From contig CAZIZX010000001.1 of the NCBI GenBank assembly GCA_964544275.1, positions 49,576 through 113,575 of the forward strand: a stretch of DNA of 64,000 nucleotides, in the 5' to 3' direction. Shown here piece after piece: positions 19,252-29,555 of the stretch. The translations under genes and the position numbers were made by a program. Source of the stretch: an uncultured Gammaproteobacteria bacterium (GTDB lineage Bacteria > Patescibacteriota > Microgenomatia > UBA12405). The notes under the pieces are model-generated. The model was not told the DNA's origin and did no database searches. It saw only the letters and a program-made list of their open reading frames with translations. Numbering within the stretch: the stretch's first letter is position 1; each line of letters starts with the position of its first letter.

Positions 19252-20973
19252 ATGCTTTATACCAAACTTTTTGGTAAGACCAGCAAGACCGTCAATAGCC
19301 AAGCCGTTGTTGCCAGTCATCGCCTATTGCTCCAAGGTGGATTTATTAGACCGCTTTCTGCTGGTCGATACACACTACTACCATTGGGACTCAAAGTCTC
19401 CCAAAAAATCGAAAAAATAATCAGGCAGGAAATCGTCAAAACCGGTGCCCAGGAGTTAATTGTTCCTACTCTTCACCCTCTGGAACTTTGGCAAAAAGCT
19501 AACCGCGACAAAAAATTTGGATCTGCCATGATGTGTGTCAAAGATCGCAATCAAACCGAGTTTACTTTGGGTGCTACCGCTGAAGTAGTCATGATGGATT
19601 TGGTTAACCAGTTTAATGTCACCCACAAGGACCTGCCCTTAAATATTTTCCAGTTTTCCCAAAAATTCCGCGACGAAGCTCGACCCAGTGGCGGACTACT
19701 TCGGACCCGGGAGTTTGTCATGAAGGACGGTTATTCTTTCCATTCAAACGAAAAAGACCTTCAAAAAACTTACCGGCAGTACTGGGAAGCTTACCAAAGA
19801 ATTGCCCAACTTCTAAAATTGGATGTATTGGTTGTCGAGTCTGACAATGGTGCTATTGGAGGCGCCGTCTCTCATGAGTTTATGGTCGAAGCCGATGTTG
19901 GCGAAGATACTGTCGTTAAATGCTCTTGTGGCTATGCCGCTAACCTGGAAAGGGCCGAGTTTATCAAAGAATCCAAAAATATTGGTGAAGAAATTAAACC
20001 TCTAAAAAAAGTTGAAGCTGTCAGGGGAACCACCATGGAGGATGGCGTCAAACTTCACCATCTTCCTCTTTGGCAGCAGATCAAAGATGTTGTCTATGTT
20101 GATGAACAAGGCCGCTATATCCTGGCCATAATTCGGGGTGATTTTATGGTTAACGAAACTAAACTAAAAAACCTGGTTCAATCCGTTGAACTCCGTCATG
20201 CCACTGACGAAGAAATCAGAAATAATCTCCACTCGGAACCCGGTTTTATTTCTCCCGTTGGCATAAAAGACAACCTCAAAAACAACATTCAGCTAATTGT
20301 GGTTGCCGACGATTCATTCAAAACCATTAGGAATGCCTACGGTGGCTCCAACATCAAAAACATGGATTTAATCAATGTCAACCCCAATCGCGATTACAAG
20401 CCCGACAAAGAAGGCGATATTGCCCAGGCTCAAGCAGGCTATCTTTGTCCTAAATGTCAAAAACAAAAACTATCCGCTATTAAAGCAATTGAATTTGGCA
20501 ATATATTCAACATCGGATACACCTACTCAAAACCCATGAACGGCACCTTTGTTGATTCAGACGGCCAAAACAAACTACTCTATATGGGTTCATATGGCAT
20601 CGGTATTGGCCGGGCTATAGCCACGATTGTCGAAAAACACCACGATGACAAAGGTATCGTTTGGCCAGACGCAGTTGCTCCTTTTGACATTCACCTGATC
20701 GGTCTCGATTTATTCGATAGCAAAGTCAAAAAAGAAGCCCAATCACTTTACCGCTCTCTCATTGATAAAGGGTTTGATGTTCTCTACGATGATCGGGAAG
20801 AAGTCTCTGCTGGTACCAAATTTAATGACGCCGACCTCATTGGTAATCCCATACGCTTATTAATCAGTCGCAAAAGCCTGAAAAATGGTGGCGTTGAATA
20901 CAAAAAACGCCGCGATTCATCTTCACAAGTAATTTCTCTAAAAGAAATTGTCAACTCCATGCTTTATACTTAA
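19252..20973 (+). CDS. proS: proline--tRNA ligase
   Basis: Bacterial-type ProRS N-terminus (ASHRLLLQGGFIRPLSAGRYTLLPLG), class II motifs, and an anticodon-binding C-terminus. Confidence 0.9.
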   Translation: MLYTKLFGKTSKTVNSQAVVASHRLLLQGGFIRPLSAGRYTLLPLGLKVSQKIEKIIRQEIVKTGAQELIVPTLHPLELWQKANRDKKFGSAMMCVKDRNQTEFTLGATAEVVMMDLVNQFNVTHKDLPLNIFQFSQKFRDEARPSGGLLRTREFVMKDGYSFHSNEKDLQKTYRQYWEAYQRIAQLLKLDVLVVESDNGAIGGAVSHEFMVEADVGEDTVVKCSCGYAANLERAEFIKESKNIGEEIKPLKKVEAVRGTTMEDGVKLHHLPLWQQIKDVVYVDEQGRYILAIIRGDFMVNETKLKNLVQSVELRHATDEEIRNNLHSEPGFISPVGIKDNLKNNIQLIVVADDSFKTIRNAYGGSNIKNMDLINVNPNRDYKPDKEGDIAQAQAGYLCPKCQKQKLSAIKAIEFGNIFNIGYTYSKPMNGTFVDSDGQNKLLYMGSYGIGIGRAIATIVEKHHDDKGIVWPDAVAPFDIHLIGLDLFDSKVKKEAQSLYRSLIDKGFDVLYDDREEVSAGTKFNDADLIGNPIRLLISRKSLKNGGVEYKKRRDSSSQVISLKEIVNSMLYT

Positions 20974-20976
20974 TTC

Positions 20977-23118
20977 ATGGCCAAACGCGGACGCAAAAAG
21001 AAATCATTTGGAATCATTCCTCGGCTTAAACTTAAGCCCTCGACAATTCAATCAATCTTTTTCATCTTTTTTCTTATCCTGGCCATAATTTCAATTTTTT
21101 CTTTTCTTCAGACTGGCCCAATTCCTACCCAATATAACCTAGTTCTAAGTAACCTGTTTGGTTTTGGTTCAATTTTTGTACCGTTCCTCCTCCTTTTAAT
21201 TGCTTTTCTTTTCGCCAAGATTAAATCACCTCTAAAAGAGCCAAATGTCTTTCTGGGGTTTTCCATTATGTTTTTATCAATTATCAGCCTTTTTGGCCAA
21301 GGTACGGTGGGTGATTTTTTTTGGGAACAGCTAGGTATCCTATTTGGCCCCATACCCACCTTTCTAATTTATTTTTTCTCGTTTATTGTTGGTTTCGTGG
21401 TTCTTTTTGATACTTCGGTGGTCCAAATATTTAAATTCTTCAGCAACTCTTTTTCGTTAATCAAAAAATACTCTATTGGCAACAGTCTCGATAAAAAGGC
21501 CAAGAAAACCAAAGAGTCCGGTGACATCTTTCAGTCTCAACAACTGACAATTAAAGATGAATATAATGACCGAGAAAACAAACAGTCCGATCCTACCGTA
21601 GTCAATGTTCCCCCGGTTATGAAACCATCCGCGTCTCCATCAGGCAATCCTTTCGGTTCATTGAGTTCCTCCGCCAATCAAATCTGGGAATATCCCGATA
21701 TATCCATATTTGACGGTTCCCCGGGAATCAAAGCTGATCGGGGAGATGTCCGCAAAAACGCCCAAATTATCGAGCAAACACTCGACTCTTTTGGTATTAC
21801 CGCCCGGGTTGCCGAAGTCAACAACAGTCCTTCGGTCACCCAATATGCTCTCGAAGTTGCTCTTGGTACCAAACTGGCCAAGATTATCAGCTTGAGTAAT
21901 GATCTGGCCATGGCCTTAGCTGCTCCGGGAGGTCAGATTAGAGTAGAAGCTCCAATTCCGGGCCGATCATTGGTTGGCATCGAAGTGCCGAACAAATCGT
22001 TGGAAGTTGTACCTATCCGCCAAATTCTTGAATCTGATGCCATGAAGCAAGCTAAAACCAAAATTACCATACCCTTAGGCAAAGACGTTGCCGGCCTATC
22101 TCGCGTTGCCGATATTTCCAAAATGCCCCACGTTCTTATTGCTGGTCAAACCGGGTCCGGAAAATCAGTCTGTGTCAATTCCTGGATTGCCACTCTGCTA
22201 TTCCGTGCTTCTCCCCAGGAGGTTAAATTAATTTTGGTTGACCCCAAAAGAGTTGAGCTGACTCCTTATAACGGTATTCCACATCTACTTACTCCGGTCA
22301 TTGTTGAACCCGAAAAAGTTTTATCAGCTCTTAAATGGGCGGTTTCAGAAATGGAAAACCGCTATAAAATGTTTACCGAAGTTGGCGCCAAGAATATCGA
22401 AGGTTACAACAATATGGCCGGTTTTCAGTCGGTTCCCTACATTATCATCATCATTGATGAATTAGCCGAAATTATGCTATTCTCACCAGCCGAAGTTGAA
22501 GACAATGTTTGTCGTCTAGCCCAAATGGCCCGCGCTGTCGGTATTCATTTGGTACTGGCCACCCAAAGACCTTCAGTCAACGTTATTACCGGATTAATCA
22601 AAGCCAATATCCCCGCCAGAATTGCCTTTGCTGTCGCCTCCATGATGGATTCACGTGTTATCCTTGATTCTCCCGGGGCCGAGAAGCTGTTAGGTAGGGG
22701 AGACATGCTTTATATACCTCCGGAACTGGCCAAGCCGGTTAGAATTCAGGGTTGCTTTGTCTCCGACAAGGAAATAAACAATTTAATTAATTTTCTGAAA
22801 TCCCAAAAAAGTGACGCCGAATACAATGATCACATTTTAAGCCAACCTATCGCTAGTCCTACTTCAATGAGCAAGAATATTATGCAGATAAATGGTGAAG
22901 AACGTGATGCTGTTTTTGAGGATGCTGTTAGATTAGTACAGGAAACCGGTAAAGCTTCAGCGTCTATGATGCAGCGTCGTCTCAAATTAGGTTATGCTCG
23001 CGCCGCCAGAGTCTTAGACGAACTTGAGCAGGCCGGTATTGTTGGCCCCGCTAACGGTGCCAAGCCACGCGACATATTAATCCCTCACAACTCTCCCGAC
23101 TCACACGGTGAACAGTAA
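20977..23118 (+). CDS. ftsK: DNA translocase FtsK/SpoIIIE
   Basis: N-terminal TM helices, Walker A LIAGQTGSGKSV, and a C-terminal gamma winged-helix domain (ASASMMQRRLKLGYARAARVLDELE). Confidence 0.9.
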   Translation: MAKRGRKKKSFGIIPRLKLKPSTIQSIFFIFFLILAIISIFSFLQTGPIPTQYNLVLSNLFGFGSIFVPFLLLLIAFLFAKIKSPLKEPNVFLGFSIMFLSIISLFGQGTVGDFFWEQLGILFGPIPTFLIYFFSFIVGFVVLFDTSVVQIFKFFSNSFSLIKKYSIGNSLDKKAKKTKESGDIFQSQQLTIKDEYNDRENKQSDPTVVNVPPVMKPSASPSGNPFGSLSSSANQIWEYPDISIFDGSPGIKADRGDVRKNAQIIEQTLDSFGITARVAEVNNSPSVTQYALEVALGTKLAKIISLSNDLAMALAAPGGQIRVEAPIPGRSLVGIEVPNKSLEVVPIRQILESDAMKQAKTKITIPLGKDVAGLSRVADISKMPHVLIAGQTGSGKSVCVNSWIATLLFRASPQEVKLILVDPKRVELTPYNGIPHLLTPVIVEPEKVLSALKWAVSEMENRYKMFTEVGAKNIEGYNNMAGFQSVPYIIIIIDELAEIMLFSPAEVEDNVCRLAQMARAVGIHLVLATQRPSVNVITGLIKANIPARIAFAVASMMDSRVILDSPGAEKLLGRGDMLYIPPELAKPVRIQGCFVSDKEINNLINFLKSQKSDAEYNDHILSQPIASPTSMSKNIMQINGEERDAVFEDAVRLVQETGKASASMMQRRLKLGYARAARVLDELEQAGIVGPANGAKPRDILIPHNSPDSHGEQ

Positions 23119-23121
23119 ATT

Positions 23122-23727
23122 ATGTTTAGAGCTTCAACTATTTTAAATAATGCCCGTCTTGATAAAGATCAGGATCTTCCTGGAGTTGCCAAAAAACTTA
23201 AAATTCCTGTCAAATATCTCCAAGCCATAGAGTCCGAAGACGTGCCTAATTTTCCCCAGGAACCTTACTGTTCGCTTATTATCAAAGATTATGCCGAGTA
23301 TCTGGGCTTAAACGGCCAGGAAACCTTAAAACTTTTCCGTCGTGATTTTGCCCAGAAAAAAAAGGCCAAAACTATAACCAAAGAATTCTTTTCCTTTACC
23401 CCTCAATTTACTTTCACTGCCTCGATAATTATTTTTACTCTTTTTTTTACTGGATATCTCATCTCCGAATACTTCAAATTTAACCAGCCGCCAAAACTCA
23501 AGATTGAAGCTCCGCAGCAAACCACTCTTGGCTCAAATATTGAGATATCAGGCACAACCGACCCTGAATCTACTGTCAGGATTAATCAGGATTTAGTTAT
23601 TGTCGACCAAAAAGGCTACTTTAGCAAAAGAATAACAATTAACGAGCCCGACACCCTGATCACGGTCGAATCCAAGTCTCCCAGCGGCAAACTGTCTACC
23701 CAAGAATGGCTAATAAATGCCAAATGA
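23122..23727 (+). CDS. RodZ-like helix-turn-helix membrane protein
   Basis: The N-terminal ~80 aa resemble an XRE/RodZ HTH (YLQAIE ... IKDYAEYLGL), followed by one TM helix and a C-terminal extracytoplasmic domain. Confidence 0.5.
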   Translation: MFRASTILNNARLDKDQDLPGVAKKLKIPVKYLQAIESEDVPNFPQEPYCSLIIKDYAEYLGLNGQETLKLFRRDFAQKKKAKTITKEFFSFTPQFTFTASIIIFTLFFTGYLISEYFKFNQPPKLKIEAPQQTTLGSNIEISGTTDPESTVRINQDLVIVDQKGYFSKRITINEPDTLITVESKSPSGKLSTQEWLINAK

Positions 23728-23761
23728 TGACAAAGAAAATTAAATCCTTTATACTGAACCC

Positions 23762-24016
23762 ATGGATATCACCCAAACAATAATTTTAATAAGTATCGGT
23801 TCTATCTCTGCCGTTGTAATTGCTGGAGGGGTCTGGTTTATCTTAATATTACGCGAACTCAAAACAACCATTAACAAGGCCAACAGCATTCTCGACGACA
23901 CCAAAATGATCACTTCTTCTGTAGCCCAACCAGTCTCATCCCTTTCTGAGTTCCTCATGGGTTTCAGGAATGGTATTAATCTTTTCAATAATCTCTTCAA
24001 GAAACAGGAGAATTAA
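23762..24016 (+). CDS. small membrane-anchored protein (DUF948/YtxG-like?), hypothetical
   Basis: 84 aa with an N-terminal TM helix then a helical region. Co-directional with its neighbours. I prefer it over the antisense ORF at 23749..24000. Confidence 0.35.
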   Translation: MDITQTIILISIGSISAVVIAGGVWFILILRELKTTINKANSILDDTKMITSSVAQPVSSLSEFLMGFRNGINLFNNLFKKQEN

Positions 24017-24019
24017 ATA

Positions 24020-24322
24020 ATGAGTTCTTGCTGCTCAGAAGAACAAACCCAATCTAGCTCCAATTTTCTTTTTGGCCTTTTAATCGGAACGGTTGTCGGC
24101 GCAATTATTGCTGTCATCGTCTACAAAAATAACAAATCTAAAGTCTTAAAAGATTTCCAAAAAAAGGTCCAAGACATTTTTAACCAACTTACTCAGCCAT
24201 CTTCTGAGGCAAAAACTTCCCCTCGTCAGCCTAAATTTGAAATTGAATTTGTTGAGCCCCAAGTCCAGACGCCTCCGAAAAGAAAAACTACCCCCAGAAT
24301 GTTTGTCAAGCCCAAAAAGTAA
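24020..24322 (+). CDS. YtxH-like small membrane protein
   Basis: The pattern FLFGLLIGTVVGAIIAV plus a following helical Lys/Gln-rich segment resembles YtxH-family general stress proteins. Confidence 0.45.
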   Translation: MSSCCSEEQTQSSSNFLFGLLIGTVVGAIIAVIVYKNNKSKVLKDFQKKVQDIFNQLTQPSSEAKTSPRQPKFEIEFVEPQVQTPPKRKTTPRMFVKPKK

Positions 24323-24328
24323 AGCTTT

Positions 24329-24337
24329 TGTTATAAT
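24329..24337 (+). promoter_or_regulatory. extended -10 element (TGtTATAAT) 7 nt upstream of the alaS ATG, suggesting a leaderless or near-leaderless alaS transcript
   Basis: TG at 24329-24330, TATAAT at 24332-24337, ATG at 24345. Confidence 0.35.
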
Positions 24338-24344
24338 CTCAGAT

Positions 24345-26120
24345 ATGAAAGCCAGGGAACTCAAGGATAAGTTTATCCAGTGTTTTGTGTCAAAAAATCA
24401 TATCGAAATCCCCAGCGCCTCACTCATTCCGGAAAATGACCCCACCACTCTTTTCATCTCTGCCGGTATGCATCCACTGGTTCCTTACCTTTTAGGACAA
24501 CCACACCCCGGTGGCAAAAGACTAACAAATGTCCAAAAGTGCGTTCGGACTGGTGACATTGAAGAAGTTGGCGACACCTTTCATCACACCTTTTTTGAAA
24601 TGCTTGGTAACTGGTCTTTAGGTGATTATTTCAAAAAGGATATGATTCCCTGGAGCTTTGAATTTTTAACCCGGAAACTAAATGTTAATCCCCAAAATCT
24701 TCATGTGACTGTCTTTGCCGGTGACGCAGATGCCCCCAAAGACGAAGAAAGCGCCACTCTCTGGAAGTCACTTGGCCTGTCAGAAAATCAAGTTCACTTT
24801 CTACCCAAAAAAGACAATTGGTGGGGTCCTGCCGGTGCCACCGGACCCTGTGGTCCGGATACGGAAATGTTTCTTGATACTCAACCTCAGAAACCGAAAG
24901 TTGAATTTAAAAAAGGTTGTCGTCAGGGTCGTTACATTGAAGTTTGGAACGACGTATTTTTGGAATATAACAAAACCCTTGAAGGCAAATATGAGCCGTT
25001 GTCTCAAAAAAATGTAGACACCGGTATGGGGGTTGAAAGAACAACTGCCATACTTTCAGGATATTCTGATAATTATCAATCGTCCATCTGGCAGCCGATA
25101 ATCAACAAAATTGAAGAAATATCGGGCAAATTATACCAACATGAGGAAAACAAGAAACCTACAAGAATTATTGCCGATCATATTCGTTCCGCCGTGTTTA
25201 TCACCGCCGATGGTGTCCAACCCTCCAACAAAGAAGCCGGTTACGTCTTACGTCGGTTAATCCGCCGTTCCATCCGTCAGGGAAAGATTTTAGGTATCGA
25301 AAGCAACTTTACCTCTTTTGTCGCCCAGGCCGTAATTGATAATCAGGATAATTATGCTGGGGTGTATCCGGAGCTAAAGCAGCAATCAAAGATTATTGAA
25401 ATCCTGAACGATGAAGAAAATAAATTTAGAAAAACCCTGAACAATGGCCTAAAAGAAATTAATAAATTAATCGCCCAAAGACAAACAATTACTGGCTCCG
25501 ATGCCTTCAAAATCTATGAAAGTTTTGGTTTTCCCCTGGAAATGATTGTCGAAGAATTAAAAAAACACGGTAAGAAGCTAAATATTGATGAATTTAATCA
25601 GTCTAAAGTTGCTCACCAGGAAAAATCCCGCACGCTTTCAGCTGGTAAATTTAAAAGCGGTTTAGCCGACCAGTCGGAAATCGTCACCAAATACCACACC
25701 GCTACCCACTTACTCCACACTGCATTAAAGCAAATACTAGGTTCATACATCAAACAGACCGGCTCCAACATCACCGCTGACCGTCTACGTTTCGATTTTA
25801 GCTACTCCCGCCAATTATCTGATTCTGAGCTTAAATCAATTGAAAAATTAGTCAACGAGCAAATCAAAAAATCCTTGCCGGTGACTTTTGAAGTCATGCC
25901 TTACAAACAGGCTGTTGACAGTGGGGCTTTAGCTTTGTTTGGTGATAAATACCCAGAAAACGTATCGGTCTACACTATTGGTGATAAAAACCTTATCTTT
26001 TCCAAAGAAGTTTGTACCGGACCCCATGTAGCCAATACCAAAGATTTGGGAGTATTCGAAATTACCAAAGAAGAATCGGCCGGTTCAGGCAAGAGAAGAA
26101 TTTACGCTTGTTTAAAGTAG
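24345..26120 (+). CDS. alaS: alanine--tRNA ligase, short form lacking the C-terminal C-Ala domain
   Basis: Catalytic-domain N-terminus (FISAGMHPLVPY, KCVRTGDIEEVG...HHTFFEMLGNWS) and an editing domain with HTATHLLH. About 591 aa, against ~870 aa for canonical AlaRS. I chose the ATG at 24345. Confidence 0.85.
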   Translation: MKARELKDKFIQCFVSKNHIEIPSASLIPENDPTTLFISAGMHPLVPYLLGQPHPGGKRLTNVQKCVRTGDIEEVGDTFHHTFFEMLGNWSLGDYFKKDMIPWSFEFLTRKLNVNPQNLHVTVFAGDADAPKDEESATLWKSLGLSENQVHFLPKKDNWWGPAGATGPCGPDTEMFLDTQPQKPKVEFKKGCRQGRYIEVWNDVFLEYNKTLEGKYEPLSQKNVDTGMGVERTTAILSGYSDNYQSSIWQPIINKIEEISGKLYQHEENKKPTRIIADHIRSAVFITADGVQPSNKEAGYVLRRLIRRSIRQGKILGIESNFTSFVAQAVIDNQDNYAGVYPELKQQSKIIEILNDEENKFRKTLNNGLKEINKLIAQRQTITGSDAFKIYESFGFPLEMIVEELKKHGKKLNIDEFNQSKVAHQEKSRTLSAGKFKSGLADQSEIVTKYHTATHLLHTALKQILGSYIKQTGSNITADRLRFDFSYSRQLSDSELKSIEKLVNEQIKKSLPVTFEVMPYKQAVDSGALALFGDKYPENVSVYTIGDKNLIFSKEVCTGPHVANTKDLGVFEITKEESAGSGKRRIYACLK

Positions 26121-26155
26121 TTCTAAGAGTCTCAAAATATTGTATCCTTATATAA

Positions 26156-28435
26156 ATGAATCAAAGTTATTTTTGGTTGATTTCTATCGAAGAGGGAACA
26201 GTTGTTGTCTCTTTAGTTTCCTTGAAGGAAGACCGGTATTCTATCGCCGCCATCGGTGGGCAAGTTGAATGGAACTCACAGGAAGAAAATTCTTTGGCCG
26301 CAGCCGTGGACGGATCCTTGTCCCAAGCAGCACTCAAAGCAGATCTGCCTGAAAGCCAGGAGCCCGAAAACGCTGCTTTCATACTACCGCCCTTTTGGGT
26401 GGGATCAGATGGCAAAATAATTCCCGACAAGAAAAAAACCATCGAACCACTGTGCCGAACCCTTAACCTAAAGCCCATGGGCTTTATCGCCAACGACGAA
26501 GCCATCGTCGAAGAAGCTAATCTCAAAGATGGTTTTCCGGCCAGTTTTGTTTTGCTGAACCTAAGCAGTCACAGCATCACCATTTCGCTTGTGTATCTAG
26601 GCAAAATCAAAGAACGAATCAAAAAACCCATGACTAATGAGTTCAGTCCCTCATTAGTAGAATCAGCCCTGATTGAATTAAATACCGAATCTACTCTCCC
26701 TCCCCAGATTCTTGTTTTCGGACAAATATCTGACGATATTGTTAGTTCACTAAAAAATTACCCGTGGATTGGCAAAAAGGATACTGAGACCTTTCTTCAC
26801 TTTCCTGATATAAATGTCATCACCCCCGAAACTCTTGCCAAAACATTTTCCAGTGTAATTGCTGCCCAGGTCAATCTTGATAGTCTTAAGCCCTCAACCC
26901 AAACAAAAGAAAATGGCCTTGATTCTCAATATGAAACCGAAATCGAAACTGAGACTGGCAGTGAAACCGATTTAGAACCAGAAGCATCTCTCGAAAAGTC
27001 TCAAAATGAAGATAATCAAACTCTTGAAAATGAGAAGATTGAAACCATCACGGCCGATGAAGACATTACTGTATCGGACATAAAAGAAGTTTCCCCGGAG
27101 GATTTAGGCTTTTCCAGCTCCCAGCCAATACCGACAAACACACCCTTGGAAGAAACATTGCCTCTAATTACCCCCGAAGACAATCTGCCAGCAGACATTC
27201 CTTTACAGGATCTTCCTATCCCCAGTCGTAAGAAATCCAAATTATCACTCCCCAAAGTATCTTTATCTGGTCTTAGAATCCCTCTTTTTGTCAAAACCAA
27301 AGGATTTTTACTCATTCCGGCGGCTTTCCCTCTCCTGCTGCTTTTACCTTTCTTCTTTTCCAAAGCTCAAGTCCGTTTATTTGTTACACCATATGAATAT
27401 AACTACTCTGCTCCGGTTACTGTCGACACAGCCGCCCAAACCACCGACGTCAACAAAAAAATTATCCCAGCAGAACTCAAAACATTGAATTTTACTGCCA
27501 GTGACAGCATCCCCACCACTGGTGAAAAAACAGTCGGCGAAAAAGCTCAGGGCGAAATTGTCATATTTAACAAACAGGATAAAGCCCAATCATTGGTCCA
27601 AGGTGCTACCCTTACCGACTCTTCTGGTCATGCTTTCGAACTGGTTAATCCGGTTTCAGTTACGGCCAGTGACTCTGATCTGGACGAGGGAGTTATTAAC
27701 TTAGGACAAACTAAAGCCCTTTTGATTGCCAAAGACATTGGCCCTGAGTACAATATTGCCAAAGATACCAAGCTGACCTTCAAAGACTACCCGGAAAGCA
27801 GTCTAGTAGCCAAGGTTAATGAAGCATTTGCCGGAGGCAGCAAAAGACAGATAAAAGCAGTTAGCAAAGAAGATAAGCTCTCCCTGGAAAACCGCCTGGA
27901 TTCCAGTCTAAAAGAAGAACTTGAACGAAAAGTGGAACAAGACTTATCGTCACTGTCCGGTGTCATCCGTGATTCAATTCAAACGAAAAAAAGTCGGGTG
28001 GAATTTAATCGCGAAGAAGGAGAGGAGGCCGAAGAGTTAAGTGCCAGTATCAATGCTACCGTCAATGTGCTGGTGGTCACTCCCACTCTCAAAAAAGAAA
28101 TCATCGCCTCATACTTATCCGGACAAGAAAATTTTGACAAAGTTGAAATTGATCCAAATATTTTTGAAGTTAACTATGAAATAACAAAAATGGAAACTGA
28201 TCGTGCTAGTGCCACTCTTAGGATCTCCGGGATTGCTCTTCCCAAAGTAAACACCAATCTTGTTAAAACTCAAATATCAGGTAAAAGTAAAGCAAAAGCT
28301 GAAAATTATCTTAAAACTTTAGATCGGGTTTATAACTTTAACATCAAAAGAAATCTTTCTTTCTTGAATTTTATCAACCCTATGCCCTTCAAACCTGACA
28401 ATATTACAATTGAAGTTATTACCGAATCTCTGTGA
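26156..28435 (+). CDS. bitopic membrane protein: cytoplasmic actin-like (FtsA/PilM-fold) N-domain with degenerate ATPase motifs, acidic linker, one TM helix, ~350-aa extracytoplasmic domain
   Basis: The N-terminal ~230 aa follow an FtsA/PilM-like pattern (FWLISIEEGTVVVSL...ASFVLLNLSSHSITISL) but lack the DxGGGTxD phosphate motif. Glu/Thr-rich linker, TM FLLIPAAFPLLLLLPFFF, and a large C-terminal domain. The stop overlaps the sortase start. Confidence 0.5.
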   Translation: MNQSYFWLISIEEGTVVVSLVSLKEDRYSIAAIGGQVEWNSQEENSLAAAVDGSLSQAALKADLPESQEPENAAFILPPFWVGSDGKIIPDKKKTIEPLCRTLNLKPMGFIANDEAIVEEANLKDGFPASFVLLNLSSHSITISLVYLGKIKERIKKPMTNEFSPSLVESALIELNTESTLPPQILVFGQISDDIVSSLKNYPWIGKKDTETFLHFPDINVITPETLAKTFSSVIAAQVNLDSLKPSTQTKENGLDSQYETEIETETGSETDLEPEASLEKSQNEDNQTLENEKIETITADEDITVSDIKEVSPEDLGFSSSQPIPTNTPLEETLPLITPEDNLPADIPLQDLPIPSRKKSKLSLPKVSLSGLRIPLFVKTKGFLLIPAAFPLLLLLPFFFSKAQVRLFVTPYEYNYSAPVTVDTAAQTTDVNKKIIPAELKTLNFTASDSIPTTGEKTVGEKAQGEIVIFNKQDKAQSLVQGATLTDSSGHAFELVNPVSVTASDSDLDEGVINLGQTKALLIAKDIGPEYNIAKDTKLTFKDYPESSLVAKVNEAFAGGSKRQIKAVSKEDKLSLENRLDSSLKEELERKVEQDLSSLSGVIRDSIQTKKSRVEFNREEGEEAEELSASINATVNVLVVTPTLKKEIIASYLSGQENFDKVEIDPNIFEVNYEITKMETDRASATLRISGIALPKVNTNLVKTQISGKSKAKAENYLKTLDRVYNFNIKRNLSFLNFINPMPFKPDNITIEVITESL

Positions 28436-29154
28436 CCTATATTTACGTCAAGCAAGCAGCTAAAGAATTACCCCAAAAAAAGCCAAGAAGAAAATACGTG
28501 GCACTTATTTTCTTTGGGCTGGGTTCATTTGTTTTTCTTTCGGCCATCCTGCCAATTATGAGATTTCAACTGGAATACTCCAACAAGTTTAATCAAATGA
28601 TTAATCCTCTATCGACTAAATTTTACAACAGGTCCGGTAATATTTTGGGAGATTTAGCCACTGATTACACCCAAATAAATAATTGGTTCGTTAACGACAC
28701 TCCAAGTCAAAATCAGGACAACTTTATTCCCCCCGGCAGTCCGACAACATATAAGCTATCGATTCCAAAACTAAAAGTTCACGATGCAATCGTTGACATT
28801 GGCAGTATGGATCTGAAAAAAAGTTTAATTCAATACCCTCAGACAGCCCTTCCTGGTCAACTGGGTAATTCAGTCGTTTTTGGCCATTCGGTTTTGCCTC
28901 AATTTTTCAATCCTAAATCATATTTGACTATATTTTCCACCCTTTATCGTCTTGAGCCTGGAGACGAAATTATCGTTAATTATGACAACATCACTTATAA
29001 ATATTTAGTCGAGGAAATGTTTGAAGTTCAACCCACCGACCTGTCTGTACTCGAACAAAGGTTTGACAATCGATACCTAACCTTGATTACCTGTTCTCCT
29101 CCGGGCACCTACCTAAGAAGGCTTGTGGTCAGGACCAAGATTGTCGATTCGTAA
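28432..29154 (+). CDS. sortase (class E-like transpeptidase)
   Basis: N-terminal TM anchor; catalytic His in VFGHS, Cys in TLITC, Arg in RRLVVR. GTG start overlaps the upstream stop (GTGA). Confidence 0.7.
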   Translation: MTYIYVKQAAKELPQKKPRRKYVALIFFGLGSFVFLSAILPIMRFQLEYSNKFNQMINPLSTKFYNRSGNILGDLATDYTQINNWFVNDTPSQNQDNFIPPGSPTTYKLSIPKLKVHDAIVDIGSMDLKKSLIQYPQTALPGQLGNSVVFGHSVLPQFFNPKSYLTIFSTLYRLEPGDEIIVNYDNITYKYLVEEMFEVQPTDLSVLEQRFDNRYLTLITCSPPGTYLRRLVVRTKIVDS

Positions 29155-29169
29155 CTGGTAAAATGATGT

Positions 29170-29541
29170 ATGAATTTACTTGGGATTGACTTTGGTACCA
29201 AAAGAATCGGGATAGCTCTGTCTATCAATGGAATCATTGTCCCACTGGATCCCATACTCAATGATGGAGCCAAATGGAACAAAATCAAAGAATTAATTGA
29301 AAAGCATAAAATAAATAAAATCTATGTCGGATTATCAACTGGTCCGATTGCTTCCTCGACTCTGGATTTTGTGAGTCGGCTTAGAAGCATGCTACAATTG
29401 TCTATAGAAACAATCGAAGAAGCGGTTTCTACCATCGAAGCAGACGAGATCTATAGACTAAACAAGAGAAAAAGAAAGGATTATGACAACAACATTGACT
29501 CAATAGCCGCCGCCGTCATATTAAGAAGGATTGTAAATTAA
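29170..29541 (+). CDS. ruvX: Holliday junction resolvase-like RuvX/YqgF
   Basis: LLGIDFGTKRIGIALS N-terminal motif and RNase H-like fold. 123 aa. Confidence 0.85.
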   Translation: MNLLGIDFGTKRIGIALSINGIIVPLDPILNDGAKWNKIKELIEKHKINKIYVGLSTGPIASSTLDFVSRLRSMLQLSIETIEEAVSTIEADEIYRLNKRKRKDYDNNIDSIAAAVILRRIVN

Positions 29542-29555
29542 TAATTTAAAAAATT

